From Escherichia coli (GTDB lineage: Bacteria; Pseudomonadota; Gammaproteobacteria; Enterobacterales; Enterobacteriaceae): DNA of 64,000 nt. Numbering within the stretch: the stretch's first letter is position 1; each line of letters begins with the position of its first letter. The stretch lies in NCBI RefSeq assembly GCF_050320075.1, contig NZ_CP190021.1, one strand, 5' to 3'. The notes beneath the pieces were generated by a model that saw nothing but the letters and a program-made list of their open reading frames with translations, made no database searches and had not been told where the DNA came from. The translations under genes were made by a program, and so were the position numbers. This document shows, in pieces, positions 49,662 to 60,112 of this stretch.

Positions 49662-50179
49662 ATCCCTTTCATGTCACGATAAATTCTCCATATTTTATTG
49701 GCATATTGCTCTCTTGTTTCATGTCTGTCCTTACGGAATCCGGCATTGTATGACCCAAGGCAATTCCAGCTGACGCCACATATCTGAAAATGTCTTGCCA
49801 GTATCCAGCTTCCTATATGGATATTAAGGCATGGTTTGGTAATTAAATCCTCAGACTTTTTTATTACGCCCATATTTATCAGCTTTGGAATATGGGTTGA
49901 GTTTATTTGCATCAACCCATAATCCGTGCTACTGGCTTTACCTGTTTTTTTGTCCTTATTTATATTAATTGCGCCCGGCCTCAACGAAGATTCCCCGGCA
50001 GAAATAGCCTTCAATAATAATGGTTCAATTTGATAGCGCGCGCCGGCAGCGGCAAAGCAATTGTCCCACTTGTTGGTCCAGATCTGTTTGGGAGCTACGT
50101 ATGAAGCTCGGGCGGGTGGAATAAGAGAAAAAAGCAGGATTAATGAAATAAGTCTGAGGGGTACTGTACCCCCTGACAT
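49619..50179 (-). CDS. pilT: PilT lytic transglycosylase
   Basis: SLT-domain motifs AGESSL and GLMQIN; signal peptide. Confidence 0.8.
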   Translation of the reverse strand: MSGGTVPLRLISLILLFSLIPPARASYVAPKQIWTNKWDNCFAAAGARYQIEPLLLKAISAGESSLRPGAININKDKKTGKASSTDYGLMQINSTHIPKLINMGVIKKSEDLITKPCLNIHIGSWILARHFQICGVSWNCLGSYNAGFRKDRHETREQYANKIWRIYRDMKGICLPGQGGRQCRQS

Positions 50180-50188
50180 TAAAACTCC

Positions 50189-50803
50189 TTAACCATTGAT
50201 GGTGAAGATAAGTTTGTTTGTACCAGTGCTGCCATTATCTGCCTTGCATTGCGTACTGGCTTCTTCAGTAGTGACTTTTCCATCACTGTGAGCAGTACTG
50301 TTCAGGGTAATGCCGTTAGTTAAACCAGTTTTACTGATTCGTGTGGCAATCTGGATACAGGCATCCTGTGGGACTTTATCATAGGTAACGGTAAAACCGT
50401 TGTTGAACCCTGATGTTGAAGCCGGGGCAACAGTTACAGCACCGCCCCATGCGTTATAGAGCGTTGCTGTACCAGATGTTTTGTCGCCCTGTACGGTCAT
50501 CCCAGAGGGAATGACACCCATCTGAATGAGGGCACCTGTCATTTTGGCACTGCTGGTAAATGTATATCCATCGCTACCTTTTAGCAGGCTCTGGGCACTT
50601 GTGATAATTGTTTGTATATTTGCGGTTTCAGTTGCCACATTGGCTCTTGTACGCAACGCATACAAACTACCCAGAACAACGACTATAACAAAAAGAACAA
50701 CGAGCGCTATTGTTCCCTGCTCCAAAATTGCCCATCCTTTATCATGAGGCTCATTCTTCTTATTATTTCCAGTTAAAGTGGTATTAATATTTTCTACTAA
50801 CAT
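50189..50803 (-). CDS. pilS: PilS type IV prepilin (major thin-pilus subunit)
   Basis: Long leader followed by hydrophobic pilin helix GWAILEQGTIALVVLFVIVVVLG. Confidence 0.8.
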   Translation of the reverse strand: MLVENINTTLTGNNKKNEPHDKGWAILEQGTIALVVLFVIVVVLGSLYALRTRANVATETANIQTIITSAQSLLKGSDGYTFTSSAKMTGALIQMGVIPSGMTVQGDKTSGTATLYNAWGGAVTVAPASTSGFNNGFTVTYDKVPQDACIQIATRISKTGLTNGITLNSTAHSDGKVTTEEASTQCKADNGSTGTNKLIFTING

Positions 50804-50820
50804 AAATATCCTCGTTTTGT

Positions 50821-51918
50821 TTAAAAGTTACCCATGCTGTTGTCACTAATAGACTGAATATCCATAATGGCAAAAACCAGTAACATGAGAGACATGACAA
50901 GAAATATCAGCATAATTAAACGAATCACGTTTGCCCGTTTCTTTACACGTTGAAGTGTTTGACTAAGCCATCGTTGACCATAATTGCTGATTAGCTCTGT
51001 TGCGCCATCTCCCTGTAATAAAGACAGGAAGTTGGCTGCTTCCCTGGATGGGAACTGATAACCGCACTGACGCAAAGCCAGTCCAAGATGATCCCCCTGG
51101 CGGACGCGGTAAATAATGCTGTCAAGACGTGTGCTTAACCATGGTGATGCAAACTCCTGAAGAATGTTTAGCGAGTTGAGCGTCGTCATTTTGGCTTTCA
51201 GAAGTGCAGCCATATTCAGGAGAAATGTTGCTCCCTGTATATCCTGATAAATACTCCATGGCATTATCTTGTCGGCAAAAGTACGAACACTGTCAGGGCT
51301 TTTCCAGTTTGGAAGAGACCATGATATTAAACCTGTGATCACTGCAAAAAGAACGGCACATATAGCGCCGTAATTATCGACAAAAACAGATAATCCATAA
51401 AGAAAACCAAGAGCACCACTCCATGAATCGGGGGAGCTTATTTTGCTCAGTTCAGGTATTAGCTCTGTATTCAGAACATATAATGTCCCCGTCATCATGA
51501 TTAACAATCCCACCGGATAAATAGCCATTTGCCATATAGCCTGATGGATTTGTTCTTTTGCATCTGTAAGAGTGGTGGCGAATTGCAGTGCATCCACAAT
51601 TGAACCACTTCTTATCCCGGCGCTGATTACTGCGGCCTCTTCCTGAGGAACCCATAAACTAAGAGTATATTCCAGAGAGTTTTCGCCACTGTTTTCACGA
51701 AGAGACTCAATGCAGTCTGTGGCCAGTTCAGCAAAGGGATGCCATTTTCGTCCAAAGTCTGTCCAGGCATCCCGCATCTGTTCCAGTGCGGTCTTTAATG
51801 GCTGTTTATTTTCCAGCAGAAAACGCAGGGCTTCGTAAAACTGCACCCTGTAGGGGGCGCTGAACGTTTTTCTGACAATGAAACGCCTCAGCCGTTGACT
51901 GAAATTCATTTCACGCAT
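50821..51918 (-). CDS. pilR: PilR inner-membrane platform protein (GspF/PilC-like)
   Basis: 365 aa polytopic membrane protein; synteny. Confidence 0.8.
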   Translation of the reverse strand: MREMNFSQRLRRFIVRKTFSAPYRVQFYEALRFLLENKQPLKTALEQMRDAWTDFGRKWHPFAELATDCIESLRENSGENSLEYTLSLWVPQEEAAVISAGIRSGSIVDALQFATTLTDAKEQIHQAIWQMAIYPVGLLIMMTGTLYVLNTELIPELSKISSPDSWSGALGFLYGLSVFVDNYGAICAVLFAVITGLISWSLPNWKSPDSVRTFADKIMPWSIYQDIQGATFLLNMAALLKAKMTTLNSLNILQEFASPWLSTRLDSIIYRVRQGDHLGLALRQCGYQFPSREAANFLSLLQGDGATELISNYGQRWLSQTLQRVKKRANVIRLIMLIFLVMSLMLLVFAIMDIQSISDNSMGNF

Positions 51919-51930
51919 GTTGTTCTCCTG

Positions 51931-53484
51931 TTAGACATCATCGATGCTGAGGCGCTCGTCTTCGTCCAGAGGGATGATTCTGTCGGCTTCAAGAGGGTCT
52001 ACCAGACCTTCATTGATACGGCGAAGAAGATGCTCTACACGACTGATGCCTTTCATGTTTTCCAGCCAGTATTTACGTGCTGCAACTTTGCCGCGTGTTT
52101 TCAGAATCTGAAATAAGCGGTTATCAGGTTCTATCACCTCAGCAATTACAGTCCTGCCGGTGAGGCCTTTACCTATTTCACCGCGCTTTCTGCCGTTAAT
52201 GATTACGTCGTGATTACATTCAGAGCATCCGTGATGATTTCGGAACCAGATATTATCTGTACTGCAGAGTGAATCTTTATTGCAGTGCCGCTCAAGGTAA
52301 TCACGCTCGTCGTCGCTAAGTTCAGGTGCTCGCTTTTCCCATGGAATACGGCAGGAGGGACACAGAGTTGGTACAAGGCGCTGGCTGATCATCCCAATCA
52401 GTAATTGCGCATCGCAAATAAGATCGGCATTCATACCCATCGTAATCATTCGCTCCGGTATACCCAGAGCTGAGTTTGTATGTAATGTCGTCAGAACTAT
52501 GTGCCCGGTCTGTGCCGCGTAGGTGGTTGACATCATCGAGATAAGATCGCGCATTTCCCCTTCCATGATGGCATCAGGGTCAAGTCGCATTGCCGATGAA
52601 ATAGCCCGACTCCATGCCAGTTTGACGGCATCTTCGTCGGATTTGTCGCAGATAATCGGAGTCTGTGTTGCTCCCAGTATCTGTCCTTCCAGCGGATCTT
52701 CGATTGTTAGCAGGTGTCGCCCCTGATTATCGTCAAGATATACACGGCAGGCGCTGCGTAACGTTGTCGATTTACCGGAACCGGTTGGACCTGACAGGAC
52801 TATTTTTCCTTCCGGGCGGCGCAGCATTATGTTCAGCAACCGGATTTGTTCCGGGATAAAGCCCAGTTGTTTAAACGTGGGAACTTTATCTCCGTCATCG
52901 GGTATCAGGCGCATAACTGCAATCAGACCGTCTCCCGTAGGTCTGTGACTGTAGCGTGCACCAAATATTCCTATTTTTCGCATTAATTGTGGGGACAGGC
53001 GCGCATCCTGCTCCCTTTGAGGGAAGAAACTGGTTTCAGTGACATCAGCCATTGACAGAATGGCTGTTGCGCAAAGTGAATAGCCCAGTGCTGGTTGATC
53101 TTCATCTACAGTCTGCAGTTCACCGAATATTCTCATGCGAACTTTGAAAATAGACTCTGAAATTAAGAAATGAATATCTGAAGCACCAAGTTTTCTGGCA
53201 GTTTCAAAATAAGATAGAACTTTCTTCTCACTTTCACTGACATCAGCAAGGTCTTTCAGATGAATAATTCGTTCTTTCGGGCCTCTGTTTTTCTCATCCT
53301 GACCTGCCTCCTGTAACTCCGACAACGAGACTACTTTTGGGTTGATATCCGGATATAATTTTAGCAGCTCCTGGAGATTACTTTGTACGTCAGGCCTTGT
53401 CCGCTGGTTTGTTTCTATAAGAATTTCATGGGTGTCTCCCCTGGATATAAAAAGGAGAGCATCCTTCAGATTATATTTATCCAT
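51931..53484 (-). CDS. pilQ: PilQ secretion NTPase (GspE/PilB-like)
   Basis: Walker A GPTGSGKSTT; C-terminal Cys-rich region; 517 aa. Confidence 0.9.
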   Translation of the reverse strand: MDKYNLKDALLFISRGDTHEILIETNQRTRPDVQSNLQELLKLYPDINPKVVSLSELQEAGQDEKNRGPKERIIHLKDLADVSESEKKVLSYFETARKLGASDIHFLISESIFKVRMRIFGELQTVDEDQPALGYSLCATAILSMADVTETSFFPQREQDARLSPQLMRKIGIFGARYSHRPTGDGLIAVMRLIPDDGDKVPTFKQLGFIPEQIRLLNIMLRRPEGKIVLSGPTGSGKSTTLRSACRVYLDDNQGRHLLTIEDPLEGQILGATQTPIICDKSDEDAVKLAWSRAISSAMRLDPDAIMEGEMRDLISMMSTTYAAQTGHIVLTTLHTNSALGIPERMITMGMNADLICDAQLLIGMISQRLVPTLCPSCRIPWEKRAPELSDDERDYLERHCNKDSLCSTDNIWFRNHHGCSECNHDVIINGRKRGEIGKGLTGRTVIAEVIEPDNRLFQILKTRGKVAARKYWLENMKGISRVEHLLRRINEGLVDPLEADRIIPLDEDERLSIDDV

Positions 53485-53494
53485 ATCACGTTAC

Positions 53495-53947
53495 TCAGAA
53501 AGTAAGGGTGGTGCCATCACTTAACGTGACGCCAGACAATGAGATCGACTTCACTGTGACGGATGTGCCTGGAAGCTGGCTGCCAGTGGTGACGCTTGTC
53601 TGACGTCCATCAGCCATGCGAAGAACGGCATTAAGACGTTTATCTTTGCCGTTTATTTCCATAATAACGGGCAATTCCTTTCTGTTTTTAGATGTCGGCT
53701 GCTCTGAAACTGATGGCAAAGAGGCAGTCACACCAGAGAAACCTGAAACAGTTTCAGATGATGAAGTAACATCTGATTCTTCGAGTTGTTTCTGTAGCTG
53801 TGCGCCCTGAACTTTTGCCTGTAAAAGAATATTCCGGTTTTGTTGTGCTTCAAGTTCTCCTATTGTGACAAGAGGTTGTGTTGTTGCAAATGAAAAACCG
53901 GAGAAGAAAAATATGGATGGAATAATGAGTAATTTACCTGGACGCAT
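53495..53947 (-). CDS. pilP: PilP
   Basis: 150 aa with signal peptide, synteny. Confidence 0.65.
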   Translation of the reverse strand: MRPGKLLIIPSIFFFSGFSFATTQPLVTIGELEAQQNRNILLQAKVQGAQLQKQLEESDVTSSSETVSGFSGVTASLPSVSEQPTSKNRKELPVIMEINGKDKRLNAVLRMADGRQTSVTTGSQLPGTSVTVKSISLSGVTLSDGTTLTF

Positions 53948-55229
53948 AAATATGACCTTCTGAGGAATAACTGAAAGTACCGCCGTTTAATTCAAAATGG
54001 ATATTGCTCAGACGAACGCCGGTATCCTGAAATAAAGGGAACAACTCATCAGGATTTACAGGCGTTGATAAACTGAACTGATATTCTTTCCATTTCTGAA
54101 CAGGGGCTGGTTCACCATCGTTACCTGGTAATGGTTCCGGTATGGCTATTTCATTAATGGCCGGCGTTAACTGTTTTTTCTGAAACCACGTGAACACCCG
54201 CATCAGTTGTTCTGAGGGGGTAGGGACTGCCTCATCCCTGCGGGGCAGGGAAGGCAGTGGCCGGGTTACAGAAGCCAGGCGTGCACCATCTTTAAGGTTA
54301 AAGTCAGGAATAACATTAAAGATTTCTTTGCTTCTTGCCAGAAAGCCTTCAATAGTTCCTCCTGGCTGTCGTTCGTAAATCAGTGTGAATGTCTCGGGAG
54401 TACATGTTCCACCGGTAAGTTTCCAGCCTTCTAGCGCGACCGGTGATGGTTTTCGAAGGTCCGCGCAGGCTTTCAGAAAATCACTGATTACAGGTTGTGA
54501 TGCCCATGGATGCGGGAGTTCTGGCGGTGGATCGGGCTTTTTAAACTGCAATCTTGCCCGTGCAGCTATCTCCTCGGGCGTCGGTACGACATCCGGCTCT
54601 GGCTGAGTCATCCAGAATACAGTGCCTGCGCTGGCTGCTACTAAAAAAAGTACGGCAGGCAGTGTGAATTTGCTGCGATTGCCGACAGTAAGTTTGCAAC
54701 GGCGGAGATCTGCTGATGATAACCGGGTAATAATACTTTCCCAGTTATCAGGATGTTCCAGAGGAGATACGACCTGCCATTTTTCGGGGGGCTCTTCGTT
54801 CATCGTCAGAAAAAGACTGACCTTTTGAGCAACATCAGCATCATTTCCTGACAGATCAGCCATAACGGCAGGCTGGCCATTAATGGAGGCAAGGAATAAA
54901 AGCTCCTTATCGCTGTACCGGAAGACGCCGTATCCATTTCTCACCCATGAGCAGAAAGCCAGAGCAAGGGAAAAATAATGATTGCGCTCCGGCCTGGCCA
55001 GTATTCCTGTGCCGGTAATGCGGCTGATCTTCCCACGGGAACTTCTGCTGCCTACAGTCACTTTCAGAGAGGTAAGCCGTCTGGATTTTACATGGGGCTT
55101 GTGTTTCTGATGAGAAGGGACTCGCTGTTTTTTTACGACAGGACTCCATTTAAGACAGGCTGCCCACACGCGATGATTTACTTTAGGATCTGCGAGAAGT
55201 ACAACCGGGTTGATATCTTCATCAGCCAT
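53934..55229 (-). CDS. pilO: PilO
   Basis: 431 aa, synteny. Confidence 0.7.
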   Translation of the reverse strand: MADEDINPVVLLADPKVNHRVWAACLKWSPVVKKQRVPSHQKHKPHVKSRRLTSLKVTVGSRSSRGKISRITGTGILARPERNHYFSLALAFCSWVRNGYGVFRYSDKELLFLASINGQPAVMADLSGNDADVAQKVSLFLTMNEEPPEKWQVVSPLEHPDNWESIITRLSSADLRRCKLTVGNRSKFTLPAVLFLVAASAGTVFWMTQPEPDVVPTPEEIAARARLQFKKPDPPPELPHPWASQPVISDFLKACADLRKPSPVALEGWKLTGGTCTPETFTLIYERQPGGTIEGFLARSKEIFNVIPDFNLKDGARLASVTRPLPSLPRRDEAVPTPSEQLMRVFTWFQKKQLTPAINEIAIPEPLPGNDGEPAPVQKWKEYQFSLSTPVNPDELFPLFQDTGVRLSNIHFELNGGTFSYSSEGHIYASR

Positions 55230-56904
55230 TGTTGCCTCCTGACGGGAAAGTCGGGGTAATGATGATTACAAGCGTGCTGCGTTCATTTTTCCCGGTTTGT
55301 GAACCACCAAATAATGGATTTGCTGGCGTAAACGTACCGGCTTTACTTGTCGTCGTATTGTTCTGATCGAAACCAGTAACGACAAGTGATTGCCCTTCTT
55401 TCAGATTGACCTTCTGGCTCAGTGAACGCAGTTTGGTATACGGCATTTCGATGTAACTGTTTCCGTCTTTTGACGTAAAGCTACGGATTGTTGGGGGATC
55501 TGACAGATTAAAATTCATCTGCAACTGGAGATTGCCCGTTTTCTGAATTAAAGGCAGCAGGGTCATATTGAATCCGGTGGTGATCATGCCCGGCGTTAAT
55601 GTTGTTGTTGCTCCTACATCCGTAGTCGTTGTTGTTGCTGACTGGGCGACGTAAACCGTCTGATCTGCCATCTGGATAGGTACCGGCGTCAGGTTTGTGA
55701 CAGTGCTTTCTTGTGAAGTCACAACACTGACATCGCCCTGTTCACTCAGCGCTTTAATCAGAAGACTGGAACCGCTGAATTTGGCGGCATTCCCTGTTGC
55801 CGTATCCAGAATTGATACGCCTGCAGATGTAGCGCCTGTAAAATCTCCGCTTGCATTGTTCAACGTTGCTCCGGCGGAATGTAGCGATTTATAAACAAGG
55901 TTCCAGTCCAGACCGAACTGTTCGTTTCTGGTATTGCTGACGCTCAGAACCTGTACGTTCAGGGCTACCTGGCGGTTCATAATACTGTTTTGTTCGTCCA
56001 CATATCGTGCGACGGCTTCCTGGACAGCTGGAGTATCAGTGACAGTCAGCGTTGAGCTCGATGCAGATAACCAGTAACGGCCTTTTTCTGGTGTCAGCAT
56101 TGCTTCAATAGTTTTCCGGATGTCTTCATACAGATCGTATTCCTGACCAACGGTTGTGCTCTGAGAGGACGTTGCATCACCGGATGCTGAGTTATCCTGG
56201 CCTCCTGTTGCCCCCATTGTGCTTGTTGAGCCAGAGCTGACACTGGAACTGCTGCTGGTTTTGGTGTTCAGCATATGAAGTGGATACGTTCTGGTTTCAG
56301 TCAGATAGAATACAATCCGACCATTATCCATGCGCCAGTACAGACCACTCCGGCTGGCCATCAGATCCAGAAGACCATTGATATCTCCCTGCCACATGAG
56401 GTTATTCAGCGTTAATGGCTGAGTGGAGGTAGTCATTGTTGTGCTGCCCAGGCTGCTTAACGGTAGACGCCCATTTTCATCTGGTGCTGGTAGTGTTCCT
56501 GTCATCTGGCGGGTAGCGCCTCCTTCAAGAGTTGAATTGGCTGCGTCAGGCGTGATGATCACAGGGATGCCGCATACGGCAGTAATACGTTGCCCCAGTT
56601 CCTGCAGAGTGATCTCTCCTTTTCTTGCCTGCGTGATGTAGCAGGCCGGAGCTGTTTGTTTTTTCTCTCTTGATACCTGAGCGACCGGAACAGGGTTTAT
56701 CCATTGATTATCGAGCCAGGTAAGAGCCTGCGATTTACGGGCCGAAAGGGCTGATACCTTTTCCCGTGCATGTGCTGAGTCTTCCTGTGCTTTTTTCTGC
56801 ATTTTGTTGATTTCGCTGAAAGTACATCCGGAGATGGAAAGAGCGACGGCGATCATGCAGGGGAGCACCGCCAGCTTCATTGAACGCTGGTGTGATTTTT
56901 TCAT
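55222..56904 (-). CDS. pilN: PilN secretin-family outer-membrane lipoprotein
   Basis: Lipoprotein signal SISGCT; secretin-like C-terminal domain; 560 aa. Confidence 0.85.
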   Translation of the reverse strand: MKKSHQRSMKLAVLPCMIAVALSISGCTFSEINKMQKKAQEDSAHAREKVSALSARKSQALTWLDNQWINPVPVAQVSREKKQTAPACYITQARKGEITLQELGQRITAVCGIPVIITPDAANSTLEGGATRQMTGTLPAPDENGRLPLSSLGSTTMTTSTQPLTLNNLMWQGDINGLLDLMASRSGLYWRMDNGRIVFYLTETRTYPLHMLNTKTSSSSSVSSGSTSTMGATGGQDNSASGDATSSQSTTVGQEYDLYEDIRKTIEAMLTPEKGRYWLSASSSTLTVTDTPAVQEAVARYVDEQNSIMNRQVALNVQVLSVSNTRNEQFGLDWNLVYKSLHSAGATLNNASGDFTGATSAGVSILDTATGNAAKFSGSSLLIKALSEQGDVSVVTSQESTVTNLTPVPIQMADQTVYVAQSATTTTTDVGATTTLTPGMITTGFNMTLLPLIQKTGNLQLQMNFNLSDPPTIRSFTSKDGNSYIEMPYTKLRSLSQKVNLKEGQSLVVTGFDQNNTTTSKAGTFTPANPLFGGSQTGKNERSTLVIIITPTFPSGGNNG

Positions 56905-56917
56905 GAATATATCCAGA

Positions 56918-57355
56918 TTAGTTAACGTAGACGACAGAACCAGCAGTAATGCCTGCCGGGGGTGTCAGACCGGTTGCAGTTCCTGATAGCCAGGTGAGTT
57001 GCCCGTTTTGGAAGATCCCTATTAGTGCAGAACCACGACTTTTTGAACGCAAAGTTTCAACAAGACCTGGTTGTTCAGGCATCCATACCCACAGACGCCC
57101 CTGTTGTAACTGATGTTTAATTCGGGAGTCCGGAGTGACAGGGAGAGCCAGTTTATCTGAGGAAATTACTCCGTCCTGCTGGCCTGATACGTATCTGATA
57201 TCATTGATTCTGTTAGCAATCATCAGTATCTGACTTGCCCATACAGACGCACTTGCATATTGCTGGGCGTTTGTGGTTTCAGACATCTTCTGATTCTGGT
57301 AGCTACCAGTGATAATCAGAATGGTCAGGCCGACGGCCATGACCAGCCATCCCAT
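56918..57355 (-). CDS. pilM: PilM
   Basis: 145 aa with N-terminal transmembrane helix; synteny. Confidence 0.65.
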   Translation of the reverse strand: MGWLVMAVGLTILIITGSYQNQKMSETTNAQQYASASVWASQILMIANRINDIRYVSGQQDGVISSDKLALPVTPDSRIKHQLQQGRLWVWMPEQPGLVETLRSKSRGSALIGIFQNGQLTWLSGTATGLTPPAGITAGSVVYVN

Positions 57356-58422
57356 TAGCGACCATCCCTTGTATCAGAAACTGTAATGATGCACTGCATG
57401 CGAGAAGCCTGTGCGTATAAAGGTTTTTGCGCAGTCCGATATAACTCAAATACCTGCTCCATGGCTGATTCAAATGATCCCCGGAACATTAAAGGCGCAT
57501 CCAGACGGTAATCGGTTACAGAAAGTGGCCATATGACCATCCAGTGCGTTGATGCCATGCTTTCGCATTTTGTTTCTTCTGCCCACTTGATAATGTTCTC
57601 TCTTAATGTGGTGCCTGCCGGCGCACGCCACTCTTTACCCTGAGATACCGGTTTAACAGGCGTTCCGGTCATGAGCGGGATAGACTTGACTGTGGAGCCG
57701 GTTGGAGTCGGGGTGGCGGCGGGGGTTGACGAAGATACGCTGTTTCCTCTGAATGGATTTCGTGGTTTGTTCTGGCTATTTGCTGTTGTTGGAGATTCAG
57801 GGGAAGTGGATGTGGTTACCATGGCTGCTGGCGAGATAGTGGTTGCCGTGTCCTGTGCCGGTGCAGCAGCTGATGTTGTGACGGTCAACGTTTTATTATC
57901 CCAGTCCAGATGGCCCCATAGGTGTTGTTCTTCCAGCAACCGATTCAGAGAACGGGTCCACTGATCATTGGCAGACCATGAAACCAGTTTGGTATTCAGC
58001 TTGGGCGTGGCTGCATTCTCTTGTCTGAATTTCCATCCTTCCGGTAGTAATGTTTTTATCCACTGACTGACGGTCCGGTTACGGGCCGTCGGCGATAGTG
58101 TTACAGGGGCGCTACCAGGCTTGCCTGTAATGATTAACCGGGAGAAATTCTGACTTATTGTTGGTGAAGGTAACGGTCGGGATTCGCTGACTGGATGTGC
58201 TGTTTTTACTGTCTCTGGCACGCTGACTCTCGGGGGGGGAGTTATTTTAGGTGGAGAAAGACGTTGTTGCGTAAGTGCCAGAACGCCAGCACTCTCACTG
58301 ATTTGTCCGTCAACAAAAACCAGAGCAGGCGTATCTGATGGTGCCACGTTATTGCTGCCGGAAATTCCGGCACAGCCGGACAATAATGACGGCAGTATAA
58401 GTGTCAGATAGTTTTTTTTCAT
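57355..58422 (-). CDS. pilL: PilL lipoprotein
   Basis: Lipoprotein signal LLSGCAG; 355 aa. Confidence 0.8.
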   Translation of the reverse strand: MKKNYLTLILPSLLSGCAGISGSNNVAPSDTPALVFVDGQISESAGVLALTQQRLSPPKITPPPRVSVPETVKTAHPVSESRPLPSPTISQNFSRLIITGKPGSAPVTLSPTARNRTVSQWIKTLLPEGWKFRQENAATPKLNTKLVSWSANDQWTRSLNRLLEEQHLWGHLDWDNKTLTVTTSAAAPAQDTATTISPAAMVTTSTSPESPTTANSQNKPRNPFRGNSVSSSTPAATPTPTGSTVKSIPLMTGTPVKPVSQGKEWRAPAGTTLRENIIKWAEETKCESMASTHWMVIWPLSVTDYRLDAPLMFRGSFESAMEQVFELYRTAQKPLYAQASRMQCIITVSDTRDGR

Positions 58423-58455
58423 AACGGAGACTCCGTGTTCGTATATACGTGTTTG

Positions 58456-59046
58456 TTAATTGGTGTGAGGCGGCTGGAGAGGACGAATGACGACTGTCAT
58501 TCCGTCCGAATGCAAATGCGGGAGAGACCACTGAAATAAGAGATATACAAAAGGAATTGATAATCTTTCATACAGACTTGTTTTCCGTGGGCATGTAATA
58601 ACAGAGAAATTCAAACCATAAGATTCCAGTCTCTTTATAAGTTTATTTATTCTTGCAGGAGTAAAGAGATGTGAATGCATAACAATGGTTTCATCATTAT
58701 TAATTGCTTTTGATATCAGAGAAAGTAACACATCCCAGTGTTTCCTCATTGACTCCGGGCAACGTGTATCGGCATAGGGGCTAAGATGTATGCTTGATTC
58801 TTTACTGCCATTTTTTTTCGCAAAGAATGTGAAGTTGTATTTAGATACAGACCTTACGATAAGAAGCACGCATCTGAAAAGTAGTGGGGAAAAGCAGATA
58901 ATAACCACTATACAGAAATATAATATATAAGATAGTGATATGTGGTCAGTGTATAGATAACGGAAGTATTGCCACGGGGTAGTGATGTACAGGCAAAACG
59001 TACACCAAAGTAACCATAGATATAATGGTACGTTATTATTTTTCAT
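58456..59046 (-). CDS. pilK: PilK-like membrane protein; paralogous to the product of 60113-60739
   Basis: N-terminal transmembrane helices; C-terminal region similar to ORF 60113-60739; AT-rich; symbol positional. Confidence 0.55.
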   Translation of the reverse strand: MKNNNVPLYLWLLWCTFCLYITTPWQYFRYLYTDHISLSYILYFCIVVIICFSPLLFRCVLLIVRSVSKYNFTFFAKKNGSKESSIHLSPYADTRCPESMRKHWDVLLSLISKAINNDETIVMHSHLFTPARINKLIKRLESYGLNFSVITCPRKTSLYERLSIPFVYLLFQWSLPHLHSDGMTVVIRPLQPPHTN

Positions 59047-59095
59047 GTTAGTTGATGCCGGCGACTAAGATAACAGAGTAAGGGGGATTAACTGT

Positions 59096-59548
59096 TTAAT
59101 TCTTTGGAACGAAAAAATGCAGTTCCTGAACATCACACACCATTATTTCCACAGGCTTACCATTTTTATCCAGTAAATTTGAATTGGTTTCAAAAGATTT
59201 GCAGTTGTTTTTACTTTTAAATGAATCAAGGTACAGGGTGTTAATGTCAGATTCGTCATCTGTTGTTTCTCTTGAAATAATACTGTTTTTTATCACCACA
59301 TTTTCATGTATCTCATTTGGCATTTTGTACTGTTGCAAATATTGTTGGCGGCGGATGCGTGCCTGTTCACTGCTTTCTATGAACACCACCGTGATGATTG
59401 CCCCGTACATGATAATCAGGAAAACCCAGAAATCTTTTGGTATCTTCCAAAAAAGTGCGGACAGTTTGTTATCTGATGAAATTAAAATCGGAAAAAGGAT
59501 TGCAAAGACAATCAAAATCGCGATGGTTAATTTAAATAAAAACGACAT
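59096..59548 (-). CDS. pilJ: PilJ-like small membrane protein
   Basis: 150 aa, two transmembrane helices, AT-rich; symbol positional. Confidence 0.5.
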   Translation of the reverse strand: MSFLFKLTIAILIVFAILFPILISSDNKLSALFWKIPKDFWVFLIIMYGAIITVVFIESSEQARIRRQQYLQQYKMPNEIHENVVIKNSIISRETTDDESDINTLYLDSFKSKNNCKSFETNSNLLDKNGKPVEIMVCDVQELHFFVPKN

Positions 59549-59590
59549 GGTCCCCTCCTGTTTTGACGAGGTCTTTTGTTTTTGTTGTTT

Positions 59591-59845
59591 TTACGACAGC
59601 CAGTCCTGCAGGTGCTGATGGCGGGAGCGGCTACCCTTGCGCCAGCGGCAGTGGCTACCGGGTGCACGTTCCAGGCGGAACAGAAATCGGTTGTTGCATA
59701 GTACCACCACAAGGCAGTTATCCGGCGTGCAGAAGCGTCGGGCAAGCTCATCGGGATCTGTCTGTGTTTTCGTTGAAAACAGCTTGCGTTTGCAGTGCGT
59801 GTCGACGACCAGTACCTGTAGTCGTCCGGGATGTTGCTGTGGCAT
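59591..59845 (-). CDS. pilI: PilI-like small protein (84 aa from ATG 59845)
   Basis: ORF of expected size at the head of the pil operon; symbol positional. Confidence 0.45.
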   Translation of the reverse strand: MPQQHPGRLQVLVVDTHCKRKLFSTKTQTDPDELARRFCTPDNCLVVVLCNNRFLFRLERAPGSHCRWRKGSRSRHQHLQDWLS

Positions 59846-60112
59846 CAAAGACTCCTTTCGGAACGGGAAAAGAAGCAGCTGTACCGTCGTAACTGCACGT
59901 ACCGGTTGCGAAAAAACGGCACAAGCGAGTAGTGACAGAAAGAATCCCGGGAACGGCAGAAAGGGTGGTACAGGCTGCGAAGACGGGTCACGGGGTGTGT
60001 CGGGAATTAACGCACGTGAGGCGTAATGAGAGCGAAGCTCTTTTTGCCAGGGTCATCTACGTTGATTTTCATGTATGTTTTCCTGTCGGAAATCGTGGTG
60101 CTCTTATAACTG